In this document: one piece after another, positions 44,820-54,882 of the stretch | How the letters are laid out: each line of letters opens with the position of its first letter | Numbering within the stretch: position 1 is the first letter of the stretch | IMG/VR virus record: IMGVR_UViG_3300042898_004347 | Span: 32,001-96,000 of that record | DNA from: a virus | Reading direction: 5' to 3' (one strand) | Length of the DNA: 64,000 nt | Notes under the pieces: model-generated | Told to the model about the DNA's origin: nothing | The model's input: the letters and a program-made list of their open reading frames with translations, nothing else | The model's database searches: none | Position numbers and translations under genes: made by a program

Positions 44820-45239
44820 CTAAAGTAACGTTTTGCGGTATTTTGTCAACTGGTTTCTCGTGACTCTTACCCGAATCTGGTCGTTATAATACTCATCGGA
44901 AAGAATAGCTTTTCTTTCTACCTGTTCCTTCATCTCTAGGTAAGAACATTCGCTCTTACTGGTGCATAGGTGCAGAATAACCCTACGAAAATTTATTTTA
45001 CCGATTTCAGCGATATCCTTTTGAAGTGCATTGCTGGAACCATAATAGGTCTTCCAGTCCGACTCAACAAGGATGCGCTTCTTTTTCTTCTTGACCGTTT
45101 TAAAGCCCTTGAAGAAAAAGAGTTTCTTTCCGACGTACTTACGACCATTTACTAGGTTCTCTATTAAATAGACGAACCCGTAAATTTTCTTTGGGTCTAA
45201 TTCAATTGGTTCAAACGGAGAGTCATGATGAAGCCACAT
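44820..45239 (-). CDS. GIY-YIG-like nuclease
   Basis: YGFVYLIENLVNGRKYVGKK, ESDWKTYYGS. Confidence 0.8.
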   Translation of the reverse strand: MWLHHDSPFEPIELDPKKIYGFVYLIENLVNGRKYVGKKLFFFKGFKTVKKKKKRILVESDWKTYYGSSNALQKDIAEIGKINFRRVILHLCTSKSECSYLEMKEQVERKAILSDEYYNDQIRVRVTRNQLTKYRKTLL

Positions 45240-45252
45240 AATGGCTTATTTA

Positions 45253-45435
45253 TCACTCCTCGTCGATGTCGCCTTCTTCGCTGCAATGGTTGCCGCATAT
45301 TGGGCAATACTCGGGATAACTTTCCACCGAGGTATTATCCTCGTTCTCATCCACATCAGGATCAACAATATCCTCCGTGAATGAAATGGTAGAAATGCAA
45401 CCGCAACAATAGCAATTAATTTGTACTTTAGGCAT
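45253..45435 (-). CDS. Small zinc-finger protein
   Basis: CYCC...YCPICG, acidic. Confidence 0.65.
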   Translation of the reverse strand: MPKVQINCYCCGCISTISFTEDIVDPDVDENEDNTSVESYPEYCPICGNHCSEEGDIDEE

Positions 45436-47093
45436 TAGGCTTCGCATGACGCGCAGTTAAGTAGGTTACGTCCCAGCTCTTGGGCCGGATGCGTTCCACG
45501 TTGGTAATAGAGGGTTTTGATGTTATTTTCCCAGGCAAAAATCATGAGTTGATTTACTTCTTTCGGAGAGGTCTTTGGATGAACCATAAGATTCAGTGAT
45601 TGACCTTGGTCAATGTACTTCTGACGAGCAGAAGCCTGAATGATGATTTCTTTCTGAGAAATTTCTCCGAAGGTCTTAAAGACTTCTTTCTCTTCAGGAG
45701 TCATAAACTTCAGATGAAGAACGGAACCGCCATGAGTAAGAATTGACTTCCACGTATCCTCGTCGTTCTTATCATGCTTCTTAAGTACGTCTTTGAGATA
45801 GGGATTTTTATAGGCAAATGAACCCTTTGCCAGCTTCTTCATGAAGTAATTTGAATTCAACGGTTCAATCGAAGGTGATACCTGACCCAGAATAAAGCTC
45901 GACGACGTTGTTGGTGCCACAGCAAGAGTTGTGACATTACGACGACCCGTGCCCTTTAGAAGTTCCGGCTCACCAAACTTCTCTGCCAGTTCCATTGTTG
46001 CTTTATCTGCGCGTTCACGAATGACGCGCCAAATGCCAGTATTCAGCAACTTAGCCTCCATTGATTCAAAGCCAATCATCTTGGATTGAAGTAATGAATG
46101 CCAACCAAGAACGCCGAGACCCAATGCACGTTGATTCTTTGCAAAACGATGTGGAGCCTCCATGAACTTCATGCCAACAGTCTTGTCCACAAACTCCTGA
46201 TTTACGGAATCAAGGAAGTAGATCATCGTCTCGACGGCATCCGTTTCCTTTATTTCTTCCCAATGAAGAAGATTCAGAGATGAAAGGACACATACAAATG
46301 ATTCTTCGTCATTTGATGAAAGACAGATTTCAGAGCAAAGATTGGATGAATTGATCTTACGTTTCTTTTCTTTGTAGATTGCAGGAGCACTCTTATTCAC
46401 GGTGTCTGTAAAGAAGATGTAAGGATAACCAGTCTCAAAGCGTTTCTTAATCACCTTTGTCCACGTCTCGCGCTTCTCTTTATCACCTTCAATCATTGAC
46501 TTCATCCATTTGTCCGTAATTGTAACACCAATCGACATGTTCTGAATGGCATGGCCGTCTGAACGGATCTGAAGAAATTCTTCAACATCTGGATGTTCAA
46601 CTGGAAGATACGCAGCAAAAGAACCACGACGAGCAGAACCCTGTGAGATGACTTCTGCAATGGTGTCAAACAGTTCCATGAAATGCACTGGACCCGAAGA
46701 TTCGCCTCCCACGGAGATGGGCGTGCCACGTGCACGGAGGTCACCGAAATAGCCCGAAGTACCGCCACCATGTTTTGACATGATGCCAACCTCAGCCGCC
46801 TTATTCAAAATATCTTCCATCTTGTCGGAAATATGAGAATTAAAGCACGACACTGGAAGACCGCGGTCATTACCGTAGTTAGTCCATACAGGAGTAGAAA
46901 GTGAATAGAATCCACGCGCCATATAATTCTCAAACTTATCCGCAAATCCCTTCATGCCTAAAAGCTTTTCAGCATGCTCCGCAATCTGGCCGATACGCTT
47001 CTCAGGAGTCATTCCTTCCTTCAGGTATCCTCTTTCAAGGAATTGACGCGAGTGCGTGTTTAGCCAATAGTATTTTTCTTGTTCGGAACTCAT
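45435..47093 (-). CDS. nrdA: Class I ribonucleotide reductase alpha subunit (short, no ATP cone)
   Basis: GLPVSCF, SNLCSEI, VCVLSS, APTTSSS, IDQGQSLN, TLYY, C-terminal CASCEA. Confidence 0.96.
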   Translation of the reverse strand: MSSEQEKYYWLNTHSRQFLERGYLKEGMTPEKRIGQIAEHAEKLLGMKGFADKFENYMARGFYSLSTPVWTNYGNDRGLPVSCFNSHISDKMEDILNKAAEVGIMSKHGGGTSGYFGDLRARGTPISVGGESSGPVHFMELFDTIAEVISQGSARRGSFAAYLPVEHPDVEEFLQIRSDGHAIQNMSIGVTITDKWMKSMIEGDKEKRETWTKVIKKRFETGYPYIFFTDTVNKSAPAIYKEKKRKINSSNLCSEICLSSNDEESFVCVLSSLNLLHWEEIKETDAVETMIYFLDSVNQEFVDKTVGMKFMEAPHRFAKNQRALGLGVLGWHSLLQSKMIGFESMEAKLLNTGIWRVIRERADKATMELAEKFGEPELLKGTGRRNVTTLAVAPTTSSSFILGQVSPSIEPLNSNYFMKKLAKGSFAYKNPYLKDVLKKHDKNDEDTWKSILTHGGSVLHLKFMTPEEKEVFKTFGEISQKEIIIQASARQKYIDQGQSLNLMVHPKTSPKEVNQLMIFAWENNIKTLYYQRGTHPAQELGRNLLNCASCEA

Positions 47094-47095
47094 AA

Positions 47096-48067
47096 TTAAA
47101 ATAGATCAGATTGACTGAAGCTCTGCCCTTTCTTGGAATACTCAATGGGACGTGAATGGAAGAAGTCCGTCATATTGTTGCCTAGAATCTGTTCATCGAA
47201 CCAAACGGTTTTCTTGACCATTTCTTTATCAACTTCAAATAGCTTCTCAAAGCCAATCTGAACCAATGATTCATTCATACGGTTCTTGATGAACTCACGA
47301 AGTAAAGGCGTGTTGAGGCTTTCAACACTGTAACCATTCACGATCCAATCAATGATCTTGCACTCATATTCAATGGCGAGAAGGGACTCGGAGATAATCT
47401 TCTCATTGAGCTCAGCATCAAATAATTCAGGATGTTCATCGCGAATGGTATTGATGAGCTTGATGCCAATCATGGCATGAAGATTCTCCTCACGAGAAGT
47501 GTACTCCACCTGCTTGTTCGTATCCTTCAGAAGATTGCGGAAACGACCAAAGTAACTAATGGTGTAGAACTGACTAAAGAGTGCGATGTTCTCAACAAAC
47601 AACGTGAAGAGAATCAGAGAATAAACGAACTGCTTCTTTTTGTCCGGAGTAAATGGCTGGAGGTACTTGCGAAGATATGTCACGCGACCCCGGATAATAT
47701 CTTCTTGGAGAATACGATCAAATGAGTCATCAATGCCCAGAACGTCAAGAAGGCGTTCATATGCATCTCCATGGACCACCTCAGAATTTGCCATGACATA
47801 ACCCAGATCCGTGATAGTAGGATGTGGAAGATTTTCTCCAACCCTGGCCCAGAACTTCTTCACGGAGATTTCTAGTTGGCCGATTGTGGAAAGAGCCCGC
47901 ACGATGATTTCACGTTCCTGAGGAGTGAGGGATACTTTATAATCCTGAATATCACTTTGGAAATTAAATTCCCGATGGGTCCAAAACCCATTCTGCATTG
48001 CCTCAATGTAAGCCTGTGTCCATGGATAATAATCAGGTTTACGTGAAATTTGTTCTTCGAAAATCAT
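47096..48067 (-). CDS. nrdB: Ribonucleotide reductase beta subunit
   Basis: FWTHRE, SEVVHGDAY, ENIALFSQF, EENLH, DFFHSRPIEYSK. Confidence 0.96.
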   Translation of the reverse strand: MIFEEQISRKPDYYPWTQAYIEAMQNGFWTHREFNFQSDIQDYKVSLTPQEREIIVRALSTIGQLEISVKKFWARVGENLPHPTITDLGYVMANSEVVHGDAYERLLDVLGIDDSFDRILQEDIIRGRVTYLRKYLQPFTPDKKKQFVYSLILFTLFVENIALFSQFYTISYFGRFRNLLKDTNKQVEYTSREENLHAMIGIKLINTIRDEHPELFDAELNEKIISESLLAIEYECKIIDWIVNGYSVESLNTPLLREFIKNRMNESLVQIGFEKLFEVDKEMVKKTVWFDEQILGNNMTDFFHSRPIEYSKKGQSFSQSDLF

Positions 48068-48232
48068 AATTGGTTAAAGATTGATTGTAGGTTAAGTCCA
48101 GATCTAAGGTCGAGTATTATACTAACCTAACTATCTCGAACTGTACACACCAAAATAAATGATAACGAAGTTATGTGTGGTAGCCTATCTATACCAAGGG
48201 ACACTTCCAGCCCCTAACTATTTTATTTATTT

Positions 48233-48550
48233 TTAGCCCCTACGGATCGCTCTTAAAGCTCCGTTATCCGAATTGCGAAGAACAATCACATGGTTAGGAT
48301 TCTTCTTGGCGTATTCATAAATGCTGGTGTGACCTTCATTTTGCATATCAAGGTACTTGGACCAATGTTCAAACTTAACTTTACCAGATTCAAATTTACG
48401 AAATAATTGTGAGTCAACGTCGAATGACTTATATTTACGGCGCATAAGACCACCAGATGTTGGTGGCATGGCAATATTTTCGCTATCACCCGTTACATTT
48501 ACGGGAGTTGCTACCGCATCTTCTGCAACACTTTCTAGGAATGATTTCAT
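48233..48550 (-). CDS. Hypothetical virion-associated protein
   Basis: MKSFLESVAE N-terminus. Confidence 0.65.
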   Translation of the reverse strand: MKSFLESVAEDAVATPVNVTGDSENIAMPPTSGGLMRRKYKSFDVDSQLFRKFESGKVKFEHWSKYLDMQNEGHTSIYEYAKKNPNHVIVLRNSDNGALRAIRRG

Positions 48551-49137
48551 CGTGTGATATCCTCGGTGGAAATGTAAATATGCTGATTCGTGGATTCGTG
48601 TAGAACTTTAAAAATTGGAGTGCCCAGAAATTTACCTGATGGGACGATTGCTTCTGCCACTTTAATCTTGCTACCTTTATGAGCAAGAAATTCAGCAGTA
48701 TGAATCAACGCGGTATCGCAACGGAGAGTATAACGACCCGGCTGGAGTTCTCCATTCTTCGTGAGAAACCAGGTGTTTTCATTTAAAACCATGTCAACCT
48801 CAACATCCTCGAGACGCTCGAAGATTTTCTGAAGTCCCTTCTCGGACATTCCAGTTTCCTCCTTGATGAGATAGAGTGCCGCAGCATAAGAGGCAATACG
48901 AGTGCGCCCGAATGGAAGCTTATTCAATAGTTTCTTAATATTGAATACCAGTCGGTGAAACATCGTGTAGGATGACTTTTCCTCCGATGTTTTGAGTTCC
49001 GAAGCTTTCTTTAGAATATTACCTTCTTTGTCAACGATGCCATACTTAAAGGCCTCCATTTTTTCCCACGGAGTGACAAGGATTTTTAAGAATCGAAAGG
49101 TATAATAGAGGTCCGCGGTCCTTGAAATGATGCTCAT
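48547..49137 (-). CDS. Conserved T4-like hypothetical protein
   Basis: DLYYTFRFLKILVTPW...AFKYGIVD.EG, FHRLVFNIKKL, ASYAAALYLIKE. Confidence 0.8.
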   Translation of the reverse strand: MSIISRTADLYYTFRFLKILVTPWEKMEAFKYGIVDKEGNILKKASELKTSEEKSSYTMFHRLVFNIKKLLNKLPFGRTRIASYAAALYLIKEETGMSEKGLQKIFERLEDVEVDMVLNENTWFLTKNGELQPGRYTLRCDTALIHTAEFLAHKGSKIKVAEAIVPSGKFLGTPIFKVLHESTNQHIYISTEDITR

Positions 49138-49502
49138 AGTGATCTGAGAGTTTTTACAATGTATTCGTCCAGGGGAATTTCTACTTTTTCTTTTTCGGGT
49201 AGGTAATTAAGAAAGACCAAAAAGGGTTTTAATGAAGGCCATAACTCTTTTTCGATCTTGTAGAAGACCATGCGATTTGAAGCTTCGATTCCGAATACGT
49301 TATAGAGAACAATGAGGTGGTTAAGAACGAGTCTTTCTTGAATAAGTCCCGACTGCTGATACTTTCTCAGAAGCCTTTTGATGTATTTGAATCGGGCTAG
49401 ATCATCATAAAATTCTTCAATGTCCAAACACTGAGGGTTATTATAATTTTTAGAGGCGAATAGTAGGAAATTTTCTTCGGTTAGATCGTCAAATATTCTC
49501 AT
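49134..49502 (-). CDS. Conserved T4-like hypothetical protein
   Basis: LTEENFLLFASKNYNNPQC, EFYDDL.RFKYIKRL, ERLVLNHLIVLYNVF. Confidence 0.85.
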   Translation of the reverse strand: MRIFDDLTEENFLLFASKNYNNPQCLDIEEFYDDLARFKYIKRLLRKYQQSGLIQERLVLNHLIVLYNVFGIEASNRMVFYKIEKELWPSLKPFLVFLNYLPEKEKVEIPLDEYIVKTLRSL

Positions 49503-49517
49503 TATGTATATATGTCA

Positions 49518-49943
49518 TTAGCAGTTCCATTTCCTAAGAGCCAGAGCCTTTCGGCTTGGTTCTCCATTGGGCTTCTTCATTGGCCCTTTCACCCCGGACA
49601 TGCGGGCGCAGAATGACTTGCGGCGATTTGCGGCCTTGCTGCCCTTCTTTAATTTAGAAGGAGATGTTGTTACCGGAGCTTTAAGATTACCGCCCGTCTT
49701 GCGATTATAATGATCCCGACCTTTCTGAGTTAAACCGCCCGTGGAGCTTTTGTGCCCTTTAGCATCAATTGCAGCCTCGAGAAGTTCATGATCGTCTACG
49801 GATTCAAAATCTTCCCAGATCACATCAGAGTCTACGCCGTTCTTTTCGGCAATATTCTCGACCATTTCTTCGATGATATCAAACTGCGATTCAAGGAGAG
49901 CCGTCTCTTCAAGAAATTGACGATATACCGAAAATGGATTCAT
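49518..49943 (-). CDS. Conserved phage protein (DUF6321-like)
   Basis: GGLTQKGR, RRKSFCARM, ALRKWNC. Confidence 0.8.
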   Translation of the reverse strand: MNPFSVYRQFLEETALLESQFDIIEEMVENIAEKNGVDSDVIWEDFESVDDHELLEAAIDAKGHKSSTGGLTQKGRDHYNRKTGGNLKAPVTTSPSKLKKGSKAANRRKSFCARMSGVKGPMKKPNGEPSRKALALRKWNC

Positions 49944-49947
49944 TCAC

Positions 49948-50331
49948 TTATAGCGCCGATTTAACAATTTTATTGACAATCTGCTGTTTGTTTTCTTTGC
50001 CACTAAGCTTGACACCTTCATTCTCAGCAATCACTTGAAGTTCTAATTTAGAAAGACCCTTGAGTTGTGCCTTCGTGCGAACAGGTTCAGCTGATTCTTC
50101 TTGGCTTTCTTCAACCGCAACTGGTTCTACTGCAGCAGGCTCGAGCAGATCTTCTTCATAGGAAGACTGAGGAACTGCTACTTCGGTATTGCACGTGCAT
50201 TCTTCTTCGTGACAAGGCATCTTTTGAACATCCTTGTTAGCGTCTAGTCTATAATAATAGTCAGGCTTCTGGTTAAAGAGACCGATAAAGTCTGCCCAAT
50301 GTAGTTTAATGGATTCAATCAATGATTTCAT
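49948..50331 (-). CDS. Hypothetical protein with Rho-N/SAP-like C-terminus
   Basis: LKGLSKLELQVIAENEGVKLSGKENKQQIV. Confidence 0.6.
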   Translation of the reverse strand: MKSLIESIKLHWADFIGLFNQKPDYYYRLDANKDVQKMPCHEEECTCNTEVAVPQSSYEEDLLEPAAVEPVAVEESQEESAEPVRTKAQLKGLSKLELQVIAENEGVKLSGKENKQQIVNKIVKSAL

Positions 50332-50350
50332 ATAGGTGTTGGTTTAAGTA

Positions 50351-51556
50351 CTATTTTAATTTAACAGGAGAATCAACAATGGCAACCTTTGGAAGAGCAG
50401 CTGATGAATTGGCAGGAGCTGGTTTTTCAGCAGAATCAAGTTTATCCGCGCCGTCTTGCGCAGCAGTTGGAAGCATGTCTACAACTTCTGTTTCATCATC
50501 AGCATCATCTTTCATTTTCTGTGTTGCAGGATCCATGACTTCTGGACCCGCTTCTGCATCAGCCGCGGTACCTTCCTCAACTGATTTCTTTCCGTAGTGT
50601 TTTGCTGCTGCATCGCTTGCCTCTCTGTCTTGATCTGCCGAAACAAGATGAAGCATATGATGGTTGTACATACTCCGATGGAATTCATGATGGATATTAG
50701 CTGCACTTCGAATCTGTGGATCGCCTGCGTGGTGAGCGTACACGCGATAGTGTTCTGCTGCTAGATTGTGAGCATGCTGAGCATCCTCATGATGCGTGTC
50801 CGACCCGGACGAGTGAGCCAGGGCGGTTAACCCGTTTGCTTTGTTAGTGAGGTTATGTGCATGAGGATCTCCTGCAACATTCTCATTGACCATTGAAGCA
50901 TAGGTAGCAGCAACGGAAGCAATAGTTTGTTCGCCGGTCATTTTTGGCTTCTCATCTTCATCCTTCTCATCTTCTTTGTCTGCATCCTGATCGTTTGGCT
51001 CGTCCATGCCATCAGCATCGGGTTCTGCATCTTTCTCATCAGAATCTTCTTCCTTTTCTTCACTGCGGAGTTTCTTTAGATCATCTCCATCAACCTTGCC
51101 GTTTTTATTGACATCAAGCTTATGCTGATTGCCGACAAGCTCTTCTTCTACTTTGTCATCATCGAGTTTTGGCATTTCGTCAGCCTTTACTTCTTTCTCG
51201 TCGTGATTGTCCATCTTAATCTCTTCTGCATCCTCTTCCTTAACTTCCGCAGGAACTTCATCAGAAGGTTGCTTTGGTGCATTTTCTACTCCTGCGTCCT
51301 GAATCTTCTTGGCCTGGCCTTGATCTTCTTCCGAGGCCTCTTCCTTGATGCTCTTGATACCGTATTTCTTACCATTAAATTCAAAAGAAGCTTTCTTAGA
51401 ATTAGCAGCTTCAGTCACAGCCTGAACGAATGCAGTTACATTCTCTTCAGTAATTGATGTGGGTACCCATTTTGGACGAGCACCTGATGCTGCGGCTTTG
51501 GGCTTGAGCATTGCGAGGTATGATTCTGCGACTGACTGAAGTGATTTTAAGTTCAT
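50351..51556 (-). CDS. Acidic probable internal head protein
   Basis: EF-hand-like HKLDVNKNGKVDGDDLKKLR, acidic tracts, His-rich helix module; TATAAATA at 51583-51590. Confidence 0.7.
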   Translation of the reverse strand: MNLKSLQSVAESYLAMLKPKAAASGARPKWVPTSITEENVTAFVQAVTEAANSKKASFEFNGKKYGIKSIKEEASEEDQGQAKKIQDAGVENAPKQPSDEVPAEVKEEDAEEIKMDNHDEKEVKADEMPKLDDDKVEEELVGNQHKLDVNKNGKVDGDDLKKLRSEEKEEDSDEKDAEPDADGMDEPNDQDADKEDEKDEDEKPKMTGEQTIASVAATYASMVNENVAGDPHAHNLTNKANGLTALAHSSGSDTHHEDAQHAHNLAAEHYRVYAHHAGDPQIRSAANIHHEFHRSMYNHHMLHLVSADQDREASDAAAKHYGKKSVEEGTAADAEAGPEVMDPATQKMKDDADDETEVVDMLPTAAQDGADKLDSAEKPAPANSSAALPKVAIVDSPVKLK

Positions 51557-51585
51557 GATTGTTTAAGAAGTGAAAGCTACCCTAT

Positions 51586-51933
51586 TTATAAGGCTTTAAT
51601 GTTATGGTTTGTACCGTAAAAGCCCTTTCCAGAAGCTGTACGATTTACTTGAAATTGATGGCCCGTGGCTTTATGAGTATAGATGGATGTACCGGATCCG
51701 CCAAAGCCTGATCGAGTATGATCCACGCTATAGTCGGAATGAAATTTTTCTGCATCTTTCTGATGTTTTTCTGTGGGGCTAGTGGAGTGCTCGTGTTTAT
51801 GCCCAGAAACATAATGTTTTGCAAACTCAGCTGATCCTGCATCGTGTTCAACCCGATCGTCTGGGCTTAAGTTATATGCTTCGGCCATCTGATTATATTC
51901 AGAAACAAGAGAACGAATAAGTTGTGGTTTCAT
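51586..51933 (-). CDS. His-rich small protein
   Basis: 115 aa in late operon. Confidence 0.65.
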   Translation of the reverse strand: MKPQLIRSLVSEYNQMAEAYNLSPDDRVEHDAGSAEFAKHYVSGHKHEHSTSPTEKHQKDAEKFHSDYSVDHTRSGFGGSGTSIYTHKATGHQFQVNRTASGKGFYGTNHNIKAL

Positions 51934-51938
51934 ATGAA

Positions 51939-52238
51939 TTAGGGTTGGCGCATTAAATACGCGCCGATGAGAGTTGCAATGGTGCCGGAAAGAGCGATCC
52001 AGAAGATTCGATTGATTGCGGAGATTGTCGTTGAATTCTCGCTCAATGTTCGTTCCGTCTTTTCCATCCGTTCTTCTAACTTGATCATTTTGCCCATGAG
52101 AAATTTCTTATCTCCTTCAAGTTGCAGCAGCTTTTCTTCAGCTCGCGCCAGGGAGATGATCGCTTCCGCAAGTTTATCGATTTTGGCTTCAATGCGATCG
52201 AGGCGGTGGTCATTTTCAATTGATTTTGGAGAGGCCAT
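51939..52238 (-). CDS. Coiled-coil protein with C-terminal TM helix
   Basis: RLDRIEAKIDKLAEAIISLARAEEK...FWIALSGTIATLIGAYL. Confidence 0.75.
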   Translation of the reverse strand: MASPKSIENDHRLDRIEAKIDKLAEAIISLARAEEKLLQLEGDKKFLMGKMIKLEERMEKTERTLSENSTTISAINRIFWIALSGTIATLIGAYLMRQP

Positions 52239-52249
52239 AATTGTTGCGG

Positions 52250-53956
52250 TTATTTACGAATGACTGAGGAGCGAACCTTTGCGAATACGCTAGTGTCTCC
52301 AGTTATAATTGATATGAGACTCTGTAATAGCTCGAAGAGTGCCATTTTCTCAGCAATGTTATTAATTGGCATTTCGGTATCAAGCTTCTTGATTGCACGA
52401 GAAATAGTAGGAAGACTTTGCCGATCAAGGAGACCGAGGCGAATTAGAGCCTGGAGACGAGCCAAGGATTTCTTGTCATCATCCGACATTCCTGCAGTTT
52501 CTTCACCATCCTCGGTTTCCTCTGCAATGACCGATTCATCCATCGGAGTATCTTTGTCAGCTGCATCGTACTTCTCATCCTGAAGATCCTCATCATATTC
52601 GACATAGGAATGTACGTCATCTAATTCGTTATATGCAGTCGTGATCTTGTTTTGAATCCATGCCTCGAGTTCATCCTCGTCATCCATGGCTGCTGCAAGG
52701 TCTTTTGCCATGTCCACTACCTTAAGGAGCTGACTCTTTGCCATTGAAACTTCTTCCGAACCATCTGTTTCTTTTGTAGCTTCTGTTACTTCGACCGATT
52801 CATTCTTCAACTTTGAGACAATTGCAAGATGAAATTGCTGAGCCTGCTTGTCTCCACGTTTTTCAGCAGCGATTGCTTCCTGAGAATGTTGTGTGATCTT
52901 TGCATTCTTCTTTAAATCGATGGCCTCGGCAATTTCAACAGCCTCGTTCATATGTTTCTTGATGAGACGGTGAGCCATGAACTTATGCATAACTACCTGT
53001 TTATCGTGCTGCTTCACCATTGTCTCATGAGGAGTTAAATCTGCCGCGGAGGCTTTGTTACGAATGAGTTTATCCAGCTTCCGAGAATGAGAATTAGAAG
53101 CCTTCTCATGAGAATTTGCAGCCTTGATATGAGTGGAAATCGAAGGATTGTCCTTGGCCGCCTGAGAATGCATTGCGGCGGTACCGCTATGCTGCTTATA
53201 TCCGCTCGCCTCATTTAAATCAGTGCCACTTGCGCTATTGACATTTTCACCAATTTTTACTACTGGCTTCTTTGCGTTCTCCGCATCGCGCTTCTTGGCA
53301 ACTTCGAACTTGGCGTCCATGTGTTTATGAAACGCGTCATTGTCTCCTGCTTTCTTTGCAGCCTGAGCAGCATCATGATGCATTGCCATATCTTCTGATG
53401 CACCTTCTTTTGGTACGCAATTTGGAACTTTGCGGCCGTCTTTCATTTTCATGCCGACTTGTTTATAATCGCTCCAGCAAGCTTCATCAACTTCTTCATG
53501 CATTGGTTGACTATCCCATACTGTAAACTTTCCATTCGGATGAGCCTTCTGATGAAGAGACATCGCCTGATGATCAGCATCATTTTGATTCTTTGCTTTG
53601 ACAACATACTCATGTTTCTTTTCGCCCTCAGGATGTTCATGAGCAAATGTAACTTTAAAATTATTTTCCTCAGTCACATTAGAACTCTGGCCAGGAGTTG
53701 CATTCTTGTACTTGTTCGTTAACTCTGCGGTACCGAATTCTCCTGCGCCGTGTTCTTCTTCTTTCACTAGATTCTTATAGAGCCCACCCGGACCAGCAAG
53801 ACTTTTCTTGGCTGGCTTCTTCCATTTAGAATCAAATTCTGATTTAGACATGGCTCCAGCGTTAACGCGGGCCATATCCGAGCTCTTTTTCTTTGATGCT
53901 TCATCAATGTGTTCTTCAGCAAGCGCGGCGGAACGAATTTGTTTGAGGTTTTTCAT
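52250..53956 (-). CDS. Modular probable internal head protein
   Basis: Modules CWSDYKQVGMK..GRKVPNCVP and MAKSQL...LEAWIQNKIT.A separated by hydrophobic-x-E sites. Confidence 0.72.
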   Translation of the reverse strand: MKNLKQIRSAALAEEHIDEASKKKSSDMARVNAGAMSKSEFDSKWKKPAKKSLAGPGGLYKNLVKEEEHGAGEFGTAELTNKYKNATPGQSSNVTEENNFKVTFAHEHPEGEKKHEYVVKAKNQNDADHQAMSLHQKAHPNGKFTVWDSQPMHEEVDEACWSDYKQVGMKMKDGRKVPNCVPKEGASEDMAMHHDAAQAAKKAGDNDAFHKHMDAKFEVAKKRDAENAKKPVVKIGENVNSASGTDLNEASGYKQHSGTAAMHSQAAKDNPSISTHIKAANSHEKASNSHSRKLDKLIRNKASAADLTPHETMVKQHDKQVVMHKFMAHRLIKKHMNEAVEIAEAIDLKKNAKITQHSQEAIAAEKRGDKQAQQFHLAIVSKLKNESVEVTEATKETDGSEEVSMAKSQLLKVVDMAKDLAAAMDDEDELEAWIQNKITTAYNELDDVHSYVEYDEDLQDEKYDAADKDTPMDESVIAEETEDGEETAGMSDDDKKSLARLQALIRLGLLDRQSLPTISRAIKKLDTEMPINNIAEKMALFELLQSLISIITGDTSVFAKVRSSVIRK

Positions 53957-54879
53957 GCGATTCTATTTTTACGGATTAAGCTAATTGGTGTTCCCTGGAG
54001 AGAAGGGGTGCGCACCGCAATCTCGGGAGATGATGTTAAAATGACTGGAAGTAATTGGCTTTCAAGAGTGATCTCTTTCTTTTCAAGGAGTTCAACCGCG
54101 GATAACCATTTACGAACTTTCTTTCCATCATTGAGTTCAACGATGAGGTAGTTGGATCCACAGTGAGTGATCTTGCCGAGTTCCTCGGATTCTTTAATGA
54201 CTACTTCATTGCCAACTTCAAATAAGTTTCCGGAGACGTAGGCCTCTCTGCGGTCACCCACAGATTCAAGTTGAATGTGTTTACGGAAGTTGCGAGACTC
54301 TTTGAGACCCATGCCATTTCGAACAGCATTAAAGAGTTCTTCGTGATCCTGGAAAGAAGAAGGGAGATTTTTTGCAAACGCCTCAAGATCATTCGACTTT
54401 GCGGCAGTATGCATTGCCGACTCGGATAGCTGCAGTGAGGAATTCTCAGATCCAACAACCTTGACACCTTCTTTAAAATTATAAAAGCCGTCATTTGTTT
54501 GAACACCGTTATGTCCATTAAGCAAAGCCTCAAATTCAAGGACGCGTGAATTTTCCGCCATCATTGTTACGCGAGTAAATCCCTGTTCGTATAATTTCGA
54601 ACATATTGAGAACACCGTGTTCACATCATCGCTCATTACATTTCGCGCATATTTCGGAAACACTTTGCGCATCCATTTTACCTTCTCTTCCAACTTTAGT
54701 GGATTCTTTTTGGCGTCTTCAAAGTGAGAACTGTAAATTCGATAGGCTGATCCCGCTGCAATTTCTGCGACTTGTTCAAGCAGTTTTTCGTGGGCTATTG
54801 TTGGAGGATTGAATCGCTCAAATACGAATACAACATCCTTGGGCGTTAGATCACTTACAAATTGTGTAAAGGACTTCAT
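53953..54879 (-). CDS. Cytidyltransferase-like (HIGH superfamily) protein with degenerate motifs
   Basis: FERFNPPTIAHEKL, KKNPL, REAY..G.LFEVG, C-terminal SH3-like part. Confidence 0.8.
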   Translation of the reverse strand: MKSFTQFVSDLTPKDVVFVFERFNPPTIAHEKLLEQVAEIAAGSAYRIYSSHFEDAKKNPLKLEEKVKWMRKVFPKYARNVMSDDVNTVFSICSKLYEQGFTRVTMMAENSRVLEFEALLNGHNGVQTNDGFYNFKEGVKVVGSENSSLQLSESAMHTAAKSNDLEAFAKNLPSSFQDHEELFNAVRNGMGLKESRNFRKHIQLESVGDRREAYVSGNLFEVGNEVVIKESEELGKITHCGSNYLIVELNDGKKVRKWLSAVELLEKKEITLESQLLPVILTSSPEIAVRTPSLQGTPISLIRKNRIA

Positions 54880-54882
54880 TAA

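Noticed and set aside
45435-48067. Introns or inteins in nrdA/nrdB
   Set aside because: Both ORFs are continuous and compact
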